DNA of 64,000 nt from Podarcis cretensis (Eukaryota). The notes under the pieces were generated by a model. It had not been told where the DNA came from and ran no database searches. It was given only the letters and a program-made list of their open reading frames with translations. Position 1 is the first letter of the stretch. Every line of letters starts with the position of its first letter. The stretch covers positions 47,244,001-47,308,000 of the forward strand of contig OX638154.1 of NCBI GenBank assembly GCA_951804945.1, written 5' to 3'. Positions 39,385 through 50,647 of the stretch are shown one piece after another. A program made the translations under genes and the position numbers.

Positions 39385-40810
39385 ACAGACAAGGTCCACT
39401 GTTCACATTCACAGTGAAATTGTAAAGATAATAGTATGTCAGAAATTTTCACTGACACATGTTAAGCAAATTATATCCTGTGCTTAAGAAAATGTGCTCT
39501 GCCATGGGTTCTGTTCAGGGCGGTATAAGTCTTTCAAGTTGTTTTCTAGGCATGATCAGGAAACCTCTTAACGTCCCTATGAAGCAAAACAGAATCCAAA
39601 GCTGGGGCAGAATCAGAAAAGCTAGAGAGACTTCATTTAGGAGAACTGAATGAGGGCTTGAGTATAGTCCAGTTGACCATGGGTCTTGCCTCAGCTGAGG
39701 AGCAGAAGGGCAGAGAGTTCCCTGAGGAAAATCTCCAAGCCTGAGCTGAGCAGTAGGAAATAATTGCCTACTACTCCAACATCCAGTGACTCTCCAGTAA
39801 GGATGAGGGAGAAATTCAGTTTACATTTACAGGTAGACCTACATAATTCACACTTTCTGAAACAATATGAGAATGGAAACAGTCATCCTATGAAATTTGC
39901 ACTTCTCCAAATTTTCCCACAGTTTTCCATTCAAGTGATGTGTTCCAACATGCATATACTGCGGTAATCAAAAGGTAAAAATTGCAAACTGCTATGGAAA
40001 GATGGAGAACTGAACTTTGGGCTGGGGAAAAAAATGGGAACCTGAAAAATCAAAATTGACATTCACCCCCCAGAAATAGAAAGCTTGGTTTGGGCACTGG
40101 GAGAGAAGGTGGTGGGTTCTAAATATATTATTCCCTGTTCCCATCTCCACCTTTCCATCTCCCTCTCCCTTCCTTCCCTCCACTTTCTGCAGCATTGAAT
40201 CCCTATTATTTGTTATTTGTTTGTTTATTATTATATTTCTAGCCTGCTCTTCATCAGTTAACAATCCCAGGGTGTGTTACCGAATAGAAAGATAAAACCA
40301 TGCAATCACAGATAAATAAACACCAAAAGGCTGATAAAGTATAAAAATTTAAATCAACATGTATATCTCTAAATTTCTTTAAATTACTCATGATGATCCT
40401 ATCACTGAACAATTTAACAGTCCATCAATATCCTGCAAAGGACTGGACAAAAAGGTATGTTTTCAGTTGGCACTAAAAAGTCAACAACATCAGTGCCAGC
40501 CATACTTCAGAGAGAAGGGCATTCCACATGTGGGGAGCCACCACAAAGAAGGTCCTCACCCACATCACTGCAAAATCACCCCACCCAAGTAATATAGTCT
40601 GAAGTTTTATGCAAAATCTTCTGGATCTGGATATTAGACAGTGAAATATCTGTACAGCATTGGTTTTATACCACAGTTCTTAATTTTTCTTCAATTATTA
40701 TAATGTTGTTCTTGAATTTTAATGATTTTACAGAAGTTGCCTTGAAAGGGCTGTGCCCTAAAAGGCAGCCTAAAATGCATTTTTAAGCTACCTTTATTTA
40801 AAACAATCAA

Positions 40811-41071
40811 TAGGGGTCAGCAAACCTTTTCAGCAGGGGGCCGGTCCACTGTTCCTCAGACCTTGTGGGGGGCCGGTCTATATTTTTTTTTGGGGGGGAG
40901 GGAGAAGAAGAACGAATTCCTATGCCCCATAAATAACCCAGAGATGCATTTTAAATAAAAGCACACATTCTACTCATGTAAATACACGCTGATTCCCAGA
41001 CCATCCACAGGCCGGATTTAGAAGGTGATTGTGCTGGATCTGGGCCCCGGGCCTTAGGTTGCCTACCCATG
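40811..41071. mobile_element. hAT-like MITE
   Basis: taggggtcagcaaacct...aggttgcctacccatg imperfect inverted termini with multiple GGGCCG subterminal motifs. Confidence 0.7.
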
Positions 41072-41633
41072 CAATAGACTATATAAATATAAACAAATCC
41101 ACATCTAGGCACCCATTAGTGCCCCCTGGTGTGAGTTAAAAGTTGGAGAGTTGCCTAGAAAGAGTCTGCAGTGGCAAAGTGGGACAACTCTCCAAAGGCA
41201 ATGCTAACAGAATGACAGCTCCTGTTGGAACAGAATCAGAATTCTTTTCTCAGATACACATTTAAAAAATAAAAATGCATAGCAGTGTATCTTGGGACCA
41301 GATATCCACAGCTTGGGAGCAGTTTACTTGAAGGACTACCTTACCCCATATATGACTGCTTTGATCTGTGGCACTGGCACTTTTACAAGTGTCACATAAT
41401 GTTCATTCTCCGCTCACAAGGCATCCATCTTTAACTGAGCAAGCCTAAGTAAGCCAGAATAGGTTACGCCAGCATAAGTCACCCTTATTCCAAACTCCAT
41501 TCAGGAGAGATTTAATTACACTACCCTTTTCACCAGCTAAGTCTGACTGGGCTGCTAGATCATGTGACTGAACTAAAAGGGATTTGGAATAGGTGTAAAC
41601 CTTACCTTGTCCTATCTCACCACATGGCACTAC

Positions 41634-42030
41634 TGTGGCTAGTTTCAGAACTCACAGGGTTAAGGAGTTCTGAGTGACGTCTCTCCATTCCTGAGGCGTG
41701 ACTAGGAGGAGGGAGTGGCTTTTTCTCACTGCCTGTTTTGTTCCGGCTTCTGAAGGGAAAAGAAGCAGGATGAGCGCTCTGAGCCCAGGAAATCTGTCTT
41801 TTATTGTTTAACTGCTTGAATAAAGACTGAAACTATATACACACTGATGCCTAAGTGTGATTGATCTGCTAAACACCGCAGAGCAACAGCAAGCTGCGTT
41901 AGTACTCTGCAATTGTGGCTGACGTTGGACGGAGGATCGAAGCAGCAGAGGCGCGAAGAGGAAGTGTGCCGGGCTGCAGTTCAATTAGCTAATTGGGGTC
42001 CAATCCAATTAGCTACGCCACGTTTTCACA
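41634..42030 (+). repeat. 5' LTR (397 bp)
   Basis: tgtggctag...ttttcaca; AATAAA at 41819-41824; differs from the 3' LTR at 2 positions by my manual comparison. Confidence 0.97.
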
Positions 42031-42041
42031 GGTTATGGGTC
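42031..42041 (+). promoter_or_regulatory. Primer-binding site, half-tRNAiMet (hemivirus) type
   Basis: GGTTATGGGTC directly after the LTR is complementary to the tRNAiMet anticodon arm (…GGCCCAUAACC), as in Drosophila copia (GGTTATGGGCCCAG). Confidence 0.8.
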
Positions 42042-42245
42042 GCTGAAAAATGCTTTGAAGCTGTTGCGACGTTGTGCCGGTGTGTGTTTGAAGTCAGCTG
42101 GAAAGACGCTGCAGCAGAGCTGAGGTCCTGCATCTGAAGCAGAACAGCTTGCTGGAAGGAGCTGCACAGGCGCTGGAAGCAGCTGAAAGCCGGGTGCCGG
42201 AAAGCTGACTGGTTACGTGAGTACAGCTGGGGCCCCGGGGAGAAG

Positions 42246-43571
42246 ATGGCGGACAGCCATAAATCATGGGCGGTACCGTTCGAAAAGCTCACTATCCAAT
42301 CTTGGGCAACCTGGTCCAGAAAAGTGAGGGGTTGGTTTTTGGCTACAGGGCTGTGGAATGCAAGCCAGAGGGAGCCAGTACCCCCCACTCCAGGTGCTGC
42401 TGGGACAGACGCTGCAGGCTTTCAGGCTGCGTTGCCAGAAGATAGCCAGCAGGGAATGCAAAGGGAGTTTTGCATGTTGAAAACATGCGTACACGCATCG
42501 CTGTTGCCGCATTTGGAGGGCGTGGAGTCAGCAAGGGCTGCCTGGGAGGTGCTGAGAAGTTTGTGTGAAACTTCAGCAGGAGGCCAGAGCCCTGAAGAAG
42601 TCATGAAAAGCCCAGAGATGGCTGAAGCCCTTGTCCCTGATGGGAAGATCGGGGGGGGGGCTGAGAATTCCAAAGGCAAATTTGAAAAGTTTTCCACTGT
42701 GAGTGCTGAAGTGGAACGCCGTTCCAGAGAGGGCAGGGCTGGCACAGAGAGCTCTTCCGGAAGAAGGGGGGCCAGGCCGGCTGAAAGGAGCCCTGGGCAG
42801 TGTTTTTCCACTGTTTCTCGTCGTTGTTTTGTTTGCAATTCAACTGAACATCTGCGTCGCTTCTGCCCACAGAGGGGCAGGGAGGCTGGGCAGGATGTTT
42901 TGAAGGTCGCTTCCCATGGGAATCAGCCTGGTTTCCATGGTAGCCAGTCGTCCAGGAAGACAGCCAGGCGTGGGAAGCCGCAAGGAGAACGTGCCTTAGA
43001 CAATGATGATGCTTATCAGCTGACGGCCTCTCTTGCCAAGTTTGCAGATAGCTCCAGGAGAGACAATGACATGTGCTTTATAATTGACTCTGGAGCGAAC
43101 AGGCATCTGATAACAGAGACATCTACTGTCGAGATGTGGAATTGCAGATCTGTTCCAGCTGGAATAACTGTGGAATTTGCTGATGGAACAAAAAAATCTC
43201 TGTCTAACATAGCAAATGTTTATTTTTCTGTTTTGCAAGCGCAGTTGGAAGTTTACGTGGTACCTGGGATGAAACATTGTCTTTTATCTGTTCCTTGTCT
43301 GTTACAGGAAGGGTATAAGGTGTGCTTTGAAAACAATGTTTGTACAATCTCCAGGGGAGGAAAGCAACTAGTCAGTGTTGCAAAGGGGCAGAATAATCTC
43401 TTTGTGAGGGGAATGCTGAGAGGGCTCAAGCTATGCGTGCTACAGTTCCCACTCATGTTTCATGTGCCTGTGCATGGCACAAAAAGATGGCACATGGCAC
43501 TCTTGAAGAAATCCAGATGTTGCCGGAGTGCGCTAAGGGTTGCAAAATACAGGAGTGTGGCAGATCCCTAA
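42246..43571 (+). pseudogene. gag: Copia gag-protease (frameshifted near 43410-43435)
   Basis: N-terminal W..W motif, LLPHLEGVESARAAWEVLRSL (Copia gag), CCHC knuckle CFVCNSTEHLRRFC, protease FIIDSGANRHL, YVVPGMKHCLLSV. Confidence 0.9.
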
Positions 43572-44852
43572 ATTGTAGGGCATGCAAAAGGGCAAAGGTA
43601 AAAGGGTGCAGTTATCCCAGGGTGGAGCGGGTAACCACAAAACCCTTTGAGCTTGTGCACACAGACCTTTTTGGACCCAGTGCTGACACTGACAGATGAC
43701 CATATGCAGAACTCCTGGGCCTATGCATTGAAATGCAAGGAGGATGCAGCGCAACTAATTAAAAATTGGGTTGCGGAGGTGGAACTAAGGTTCTCCACCA
43801 AGGTGCAGGGAGTCAAGAGTGACCGATGTGCACAGTTTACTGGGTCTGCTCTGCAGAAGTTCTTTCACCAGAAAGGGATACATCACAAGGTGACTTCTCC
43901 TCAGGAGAAGGGGGTGGCAGAGCTCAGAAGTCAAGCTCTGGTTAAAGCTACAGAGGTTTTGCTGTCAGACTCTGGTTTACCTCCAAGCTTCTGGGGGGAG
44001 GGAATTCAGACAGTGAATTTCACTATGAACCGGTCCTACAATTCAGTAGTAGGTGACACCCCGTTCTTTATGCTTCACGGAAAGAAACTGCTGATTCATT
44101 TCTTCCATGTGTTCGGGTCACAGGCCTTGGTGCCGATACCAAAAGCACTGCAAAAGCAAGGTGGCCCTAAGTTCCAGAAAATGATCTTCTGTGGATATGA
44201 ACCTGCGACAAAGGGATGGAGGTTCGCATATCCAGAAGGTGATCAGACCAAGCTTCTGGTCAGTAAACATGCTGAATTCTGTGAGCAGGATAGTTGGTCA
44301 AAGACTCCTGCAAGGCATGACGTTCTCTCAGAATGTCTGTCTGATTCTGAGGGGGAAGGAGAGGCAGAGGATGAACCTGTTGCTGACGACCAAGTTTCTG
44401 AACAAGGTCAAGAACAGGGTTGGGCATCTCCACAGGTTGTTAAAAGAGAGCCCAAGAGTGAGCCTTCGTCTCCTGTTAGCAAAGTACAAAAGGCCCGAAG
44501 ATGCGTTAAGTCAGAGGGGGAGGATACTGATGGAGGAGACACACCTGCTGACTACAGTGAGTCAGAGGAAGTACCTCAGTTTGTGCCCAGACGGTCCACT
44601 TGCACCACGAAGGGAATTCCACCTGAGAGGTTTCAGGTCACTAATGCGTGGGTTGGTTTCGCACAGTGCGAACCTGGGAGTTGTGAGGAGGTTCAACAGT
44701 TGCCTGACAAGGACGCCAGGAAGGGGCACAAGGCACTGGAAAAGGGACTGATCTCACAGAGGTCTGTAAAGGTAAATACCCAGGTCACCTCAGGACTGGA
44801 TAGAAGAGGGGGTGTGGCTAGTTTCAGAACTCACAGGGTTAAGGAGTTCTGA
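43433..44852 (+). pseudogene. pol: Copia integrase (zinc finger, DDE core, SH3-like domain, linker), frameshifted near 43680, reading on into the 3' LTR
   Basis: WHKKMAH...CRACKRAK, PFELVHTDLFGP, KSDRCAQF, KGVAELR, SGLPPSFWGEG, MIFCGYEPATKGWRF, PRRSTCTTKGIPPERF, then only the EP...-type start of the RT region before the PPT. Confidence 0.9.
44802..44812 (+). promoter_or_regulatory. Polypurine tract
   Basis: AGAAGAGGGGG abutting the 3' LTR. Confidence 0.9.
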
Positions 44853-45209
44853 GTGACGTCTCTCCATTCCTGAGGCGTGACTAGGAGGAGGGAGTGGCTT
44901 TTTCTCACTGCCTGTTTTGTTCCGGCTTCTGAAGGGAAAAGAAGCAGGATGAGCACTCTGAGCCCAGGAAATCTGTCTTTTATTGTTTAACTGCTTGAAT
45001 AAAGACTGAAACTATATACACACTGATGCCTAAGTGTGATTGATCTGCTAAACACCGCAGAGCAACAGCAAGCTGCGTTAGTACTCTGCAATTGTGGCTG
45101 ACGTTGGACGGAGGATCGAAGCAGCAGAGGCGCGAAGAGGAAGTGTGCCGGGCTGCAGTTCAATTAGCTAATTGGGGTCCAATCCAATTAGCTACGCCAC
45201 ATTTTCACA
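44813..45209 (+). repeat. 3' LTR (397 bp)
   Basis: Direct repeat of 41634-42030. Confidence 0.97.
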
Positions 45210-46618
45210 ACTACGTCCCAAGAATGCCCCATTTGGGGGACTGGCATAAGTTGTACCTGGCTTTTGCCAGCATTTGAAAAATTGATGTTATTCACATTTA
45301 GATCATTCCATCCTGTTTATAAATAAAAGTCTGTTTTTGTGACCATTTTGTGACTGTGCAATATATAAAGATTGCTAGATAAATACCTATCCATTTAGCC
45401 TGCTTTCCAGAAATCCTTCCCTTGTCAGCAATGTCAGGTCAATACAGTAATAGGCAGGTGTGCTACTATTTGTCAGATCCTGTGCATTGCTGAATCTAGA
45501 CTGTCAGCAGAAATAGCACCACATGAATTGTTATGGGATGCTGGGCACAATCTTTTCCCAAAACATCATATTGCTTTTTCAGCCATGGCAGGCAATCAAA
45601 TTCCCAGTGCTAACCACTACAGGCAGACCACTGGCAACGTATCCCCCACTTTGTTACATCTGCCACCACTCATGCCCAGGTGGCCTAAACCAGGACAAGT
45701 GAGCTTTGCATGGTTTGCAATTTATTTAACCAGAATTACGGGGTCTATCAGCTACATTGTCAGTCTCCTGCCAGATAAGCATCAATCCATCTCCCTTTCC
45801 TTATCTCCTATTAACATAAATCCTGGAGCGTAATTCAAGTGGTCTAGGTAGCTTTGTGAAGAAGTGTATCTCCCTGGGCAGTACAGAAATCCAGTCAAGC
45901 CCAAGCATTAAATTAATTGAGTTCTATTACAGAAGAATAAATGGGGGAAATGGGGGCAACAGTCTCTGCAGTAAAAGAAAATAAATTTGTTTCCTGGTCT
46001 ACTTCAATCTCTACTGAACAGTCTAATATCCATGGGGAAATATTAAAGGTTTTATGCTACCTAATCAGGAAGGTCAGAAGTGGCAGTTGAAGGACTGACC
46101 AACAGTAGGATGGGCTGCTTTCCGGGGCTAAGCACAAGTGAAGCACAAGTAAACGGAAGTAAAAAAAAAGAAGAGATGTGATTAGTACTGGGAATTACCC
46201 AGAGAAGCTGAGAAGCAGGCCAGTAGGAGGCTAATCCGGACCTTCCAGAAGGGACGGAAGGATCTGTTCATTTAGGTTCTCTCAGTTTCTTATTTTTCCC
46301 ATCTTAAATTTAGTTCTCCATGTTTCTGCAGCAATTTGTGAATTATTTATTTTTAAAACAAAACCTCATGAAAATTCATCAGAATTTTAGTTACATTTCT
46401 CCTAATAAACACACTTGTATGCAGTTGCGAGTAATGTACACATTTGCAAGCAATTGTCCTTCATATAATGCATTTTGTGTACATTTCCCCCACTAAAATA
46501 TTCATTTTTATGCACACTATCTCTAAATGTATGCATTTTTCTAAACACCGTTTGGAGAACCGATTGCAAAATTCAGACAACTGCAAATTTCAAAAGACAG
46601 CTGTGTTTCAATTCATGT

Positions 46619-46692
46619 ACAGTGGAACCTTGGGTTACGTACCACCTTCCTTACGAACGCTTTGGGTTATGAGCGCCGCTAACCCAGAAGTA

Positions 46693-46734
<42 letters not shown>

Positions 46735-47765
46735 TTATTATTTGTACCCCGCCCATCTGGCTGGGTTTCCCCAGCCACTCTGGGCGGCTTCCAGCAAAGA
46801 TGAAAAATACACTAAAATGCAACATATTAAAAACTTCCCTGAACAGGGCTGCCTTCAGATGTCTTCTGAATGTCAGGTAGTTGTTTATCGCTTTGACATC
46901 TGATGGGAGGGCGTTCCACAGGGTGGGCGCCACTACCGAGAAGGCCCTCTGCCTGGTTCCCTGTAACTTGGCCTCTCACAGTGAGGGAACCGCCAGAAGG
47001 CCCTCGGAGCTGGACCTCAGTGTCCGGGCAGAACGATGGGAAAGGAGACACTCCTTCAGATATACTGGACTGAGGCTGTTTAGGGCTTTAAAGGTCAGCA
47101 CCAACAATTTGAATTGTGCTCGGAAACGTACTGGGAGTCAATGTAGGTCTTTCAAGACCGGTGTTATATGGTCTCGGCGGCCGCTCCCAGTCACCAGTCT
47201 AGCTGCCGCATTCTGGATTAGTTGTAGTTTCCGAGTCACCTTCAAAGGTAGCCCCACGTAGAGCGCATTGCAGTAGTCCAAGCAGGAGATAACCAGAGCA
47301 TGCACCACTCTGGCGAGACAGTCTGCAGGCAGATAGGGTCTCAGCCTACATACCAGATGGAGCTGGTGAACAGCTGCCCTGGATACAGATTTGACCTGTG
47401 CCTCCACGGACAGCTGTGAGTCCAAAATGACTCCCAGGCTGCGCACCTGGTCCTTCAGGGGCACAGTCACCCCATTCAGGACCAGGGAATCCTCCACACC
47501 TGCCCGCCTCCTGTCCCCCAAAAACAGTACTTCTGTCTTGTCAGGATTCAACCTCAATCTGTTAGTTGCTGTCCATCCTCCAACTGCCTCCAGACACTCA
47601 CACAGGACCTACACAGGTAGCAAACTTTGCCCCAGGATGTGAGCGGAAGTCGCGCAGCGGCAGTGGGAGGCCCCATTAGTGAAAGCGTGCCTCAGGTTAA
47701 GAACGGTTTTGGGTTAAGAACGGACCTCCGGGACGAATTAAGTTCATAAACAGAGGTACCACTGT
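46619..47765. mobile_element. Tc1/mariner-type MITE split by an L2 insertion
   Basis: ta|cagtggaaccttgggtt ... aaacagaggtaccactg|ta termini; internal sequence resumes at about 47612. Confidence 0.8.
46695..47610 (-). mobile_element. Young 5'-truncated L2 LINE with (TTA)n tail
   Basis: ORFs 47138-47557 and 46679-46933 are nearly the same protein as 7155-7901, with a TGG>TGA stop at LH*LP. Confidence 0.95.
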
Positions 47766-50219
47766 ATTTCAGAAAAGATGAATCTGACAGACTTTCCTTT
47801 AAATGAGAACTGGACATAATTTCTTCCACATCCTAATCTGCCAGATATAGCTGTGGATTTAATGGGGATGTTGAGGGATTCGATGCACAGCTTTTAGGAA
47901 TTCAGTCAAAGGCATGAGATTTCTGAAAGCGGCAGGTCTTCTGAGTGCAGGTCCACATCACCGCTTCACTTGCCTATTCAGCCTATTCCTGCTAGTGCTT
48001 ACTTGCAGAAGAAAAACACTGCTCACTGTAGGTGGTGCGAAGTACGATAGTGCATGAATGTTACATTCATAGCCAATGCAACATAATAGGCCTGTCAAGT
48101 TAGGCCTAGGATTCCTGCTCAGCCATGCAGTTCCCTAGGGCGACACTGCCGTGCTCCTTCATTCCAGTCTTATTTCACAGGTGGAGCTCTGAAACTAAAA
48201 AGGGATTAACTTCCATGTAGTTCACCCTTGGTTCTATAGAAATAAGGAAAATAAAGTTCAGCAGTGCATTGGAGAAGAGAATGTGACCTGTTATCTGTTC
48301 CAAGAGAGACCCGTTTTCTACTTTCATCTGCTAACTTTGGAGGATCAGTCCCACTTTTAGCAGCATCCCACCCTCTTTTTGTCAGGCTACTGAGGAATTC
48401 ATAGTCATTCTCATTACTCTGCCAATGCCTTGCACTCGTGACACAGCAACTAATAAAAAACTAATGTGATAGTGTTTGCTTTTTTTGCTGCTGACATTTT
48501 TGTGCTCTTGGCTTATCAGACTTATTTGCTTTATGCTTATTGACTCAATCAGGTGCTTCTCTTTCCTTCTCAAGACTCCAAATAGCAGCTTCATTCTAAT
48601 CTCCCAACAGCCGTCATCATTTCTAGTGCACAAGAGTCTTCCTTGGCTCCAGAGGCAGATGGGAAAAAAATGAATTTGCTATAGGAGTACGTGGTGTGCC
48701 TTCGTGAAGAGCACGGATGGGGAGAAATTGGAAGCTATATAATCCACACTCTGCAAAACAATATGCAAACCAAAACACCTCTCCAAATTTTGCAATGCTA
48801 TTCTGTAAGCTGAGTAACATGTACAAAATGCCTCTACTACTAGAGGAAAGTGTGCAAGTAATTGAAAACTGCATTATATTAGGGGGAACTGCTTGCAAAA
48901 ATGTATATATTAGGAGAAATTTACACTTAAATGCTGATTTATTTTCATGAGAACTTAAAAAAAAAATCACAAACTGATGTGGAGACTGAAGATTGGGAAA
49001 AATAATAACTGAAATTGGCATTTTGGCCTGTTCCTAGTGAGCAGGGGTTGTGCTAAAACTGCCATTTTCATAGTTTTCCAACTTGTTGCAGAATTTTTGA
49101 AAAAGTATGTCCATTTTCTTCAAAGCAGGGAAGGGGGCTTGATTGAGGAAGTTTCTTCTGAGGTTGATTCTGGAGGGAAGATGGGACATATACCCCTAAA
49201 GTTGTGAGTGCACCTCCATAGCGGGCTCACTGCTCAGTTGGAAAGTCTGTCTGAACTCTTAGTTTCTGTTTAGAAACTATGTTTCTAGCTCTTAGGTCAG
49301 TAAATGCAATCAAGGTGACAAAAAAAGCACGTTGTAATCTAGCCTCAGTTCAGGAATGGGTGCAACAAGCGAAATCTTAATGCAGATAAGATAGGGAAGT
49401 ACTAGTTAGGAATTACAATGGTGTGGGAGTCCATTATACCACCTGTTCTAGCTTAGACTGCACTCCACACACAGCCATCACATGAAGCAGCAGGCATACA
49501 GTTTGGCAGAATTCCTTGACCTGATGCTTTCCTTAGATATTCAGATGATGGTGGGTGGCAACAAGTGCCTTTTCACCAGCTTCTGCAGCCAGCATGGAGG
49601 AGCGATGTAGTAGAGCTGCCCTCCTGACAGCAGCTTCACAGCTGCGTACCTGGACAAAGTAGAAAAGGACAGCAGTGAGACCAGAGCTGTGGGGGACACA
49701 GCAGCTTCTCACTTTGCCATGCAGAGTCCCAAATTCTCATCTTTGCTGATGTACACTGACAGGAAATGGCTTCATGTGGGGGGGAAGAGGAAGTTGTTGA
49801 CTGAGGTTGCCTTATCCTTCTCCTCCTTCAGCCATGCTGAATAAAAATGAGGAGGAAGTGAGCCAGGTCAGGCTTATAAGAGAAGGTGGCGGCTGGAGGA
49901 GACCCTGAGCAGGAGCAGGCCCCAGGGTGTGTAGGGTGGGGTGGGAAGTGTGTAGCTGGCAGAGTGCAAGCAGGCCTGAGGGAGGCTAGAGTTTGAGGGG
50001 GGCAAGGAGGTTAAGGGGGTCAAGGATTGGCACTGGAGCTCGCTGGATTTGGGGGGGGGATCTGTATCATGAAAGACTTTAATAAAAATCTTAATGTGCA
50101 AAAAAAAAGAGCCCACCCCAGCAGTGATAGTGATGTAGAACAGAATGTCCTTATTTTCATCTGAGGAATGTTGGAGGGTATGTGGGTGTACTTATACAGC
50201 TCTAATAGCACCACTGACT

Positions 50220-50647
50220 TGTTAGGGACTGTGCAGAAAAGGAATGGTGGAGACTGCCTCCCCAGCCCGACCCTTCCAGAGAAGAAGACAGTTCAGAATT
50301 ATCATAGGAGAGGAGGAGGAAGAAGCACCAGAGGGGCAACAGAGGATGGACACAGTGTCTTTAGAAAGCATTCCAGACCCCCCACTCTCAGAACCCGGCA
50401 AGCATTGAAAGTAGGAGAGCAAAGAGCTCAAAGGCAGAGGGCACTTCTCAGCACCTGTAGTGATGATGCACGAAGGGAGAGAGGGAGGGGGTGGAGACCC
50501 ACTCGAAGCAACGCCCTTATTCCAAGAGGTGACATTTCCAAGCCTCTCTCTGTGAATATTGAATAAAAAGCTGTTGGTAAGAACTTTTCCTTGTCTTATC
50601 CATTCCTGGCTACCTGCCTTGGGGGTTGGAGCCACTGCCGCCTGACA
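50220..50647 (+). mobile_element. Solo LTR (428 bp), older, with a decayed internal reading frame
   Basis: TGTTAGG...CCTGACA termini; AATAAA near 50562; flanks TGACT/TGATA match only partly. Confidence 0.75.

Larger units (their letters stand above)
41634..45209 (+). mobile_element. Ty1/Copia LTR retrotransposon, internally deleted (gag-PR-IN, no RT/RNaseH), 3576 bp
   Basis: Paired TG...CA LTRs; 5-bp TSD ACTAC (41629-41633 / 45210-45214); PBS and PPT present; Copia domain order PR-IN-(RT). Confidence 0.97.

Noticed and set aside
44191-44751. 186-aa alternative-frame ORF in the Copia element
   Set aside because: Overlaps the integrase/linker frame and has no motifs; not an env or extra gene.
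49860-50120. G-rich segment with TATAA and AATAAA, LTR-like
   Set aside because: Could not define TG...CA termini or a TSD.
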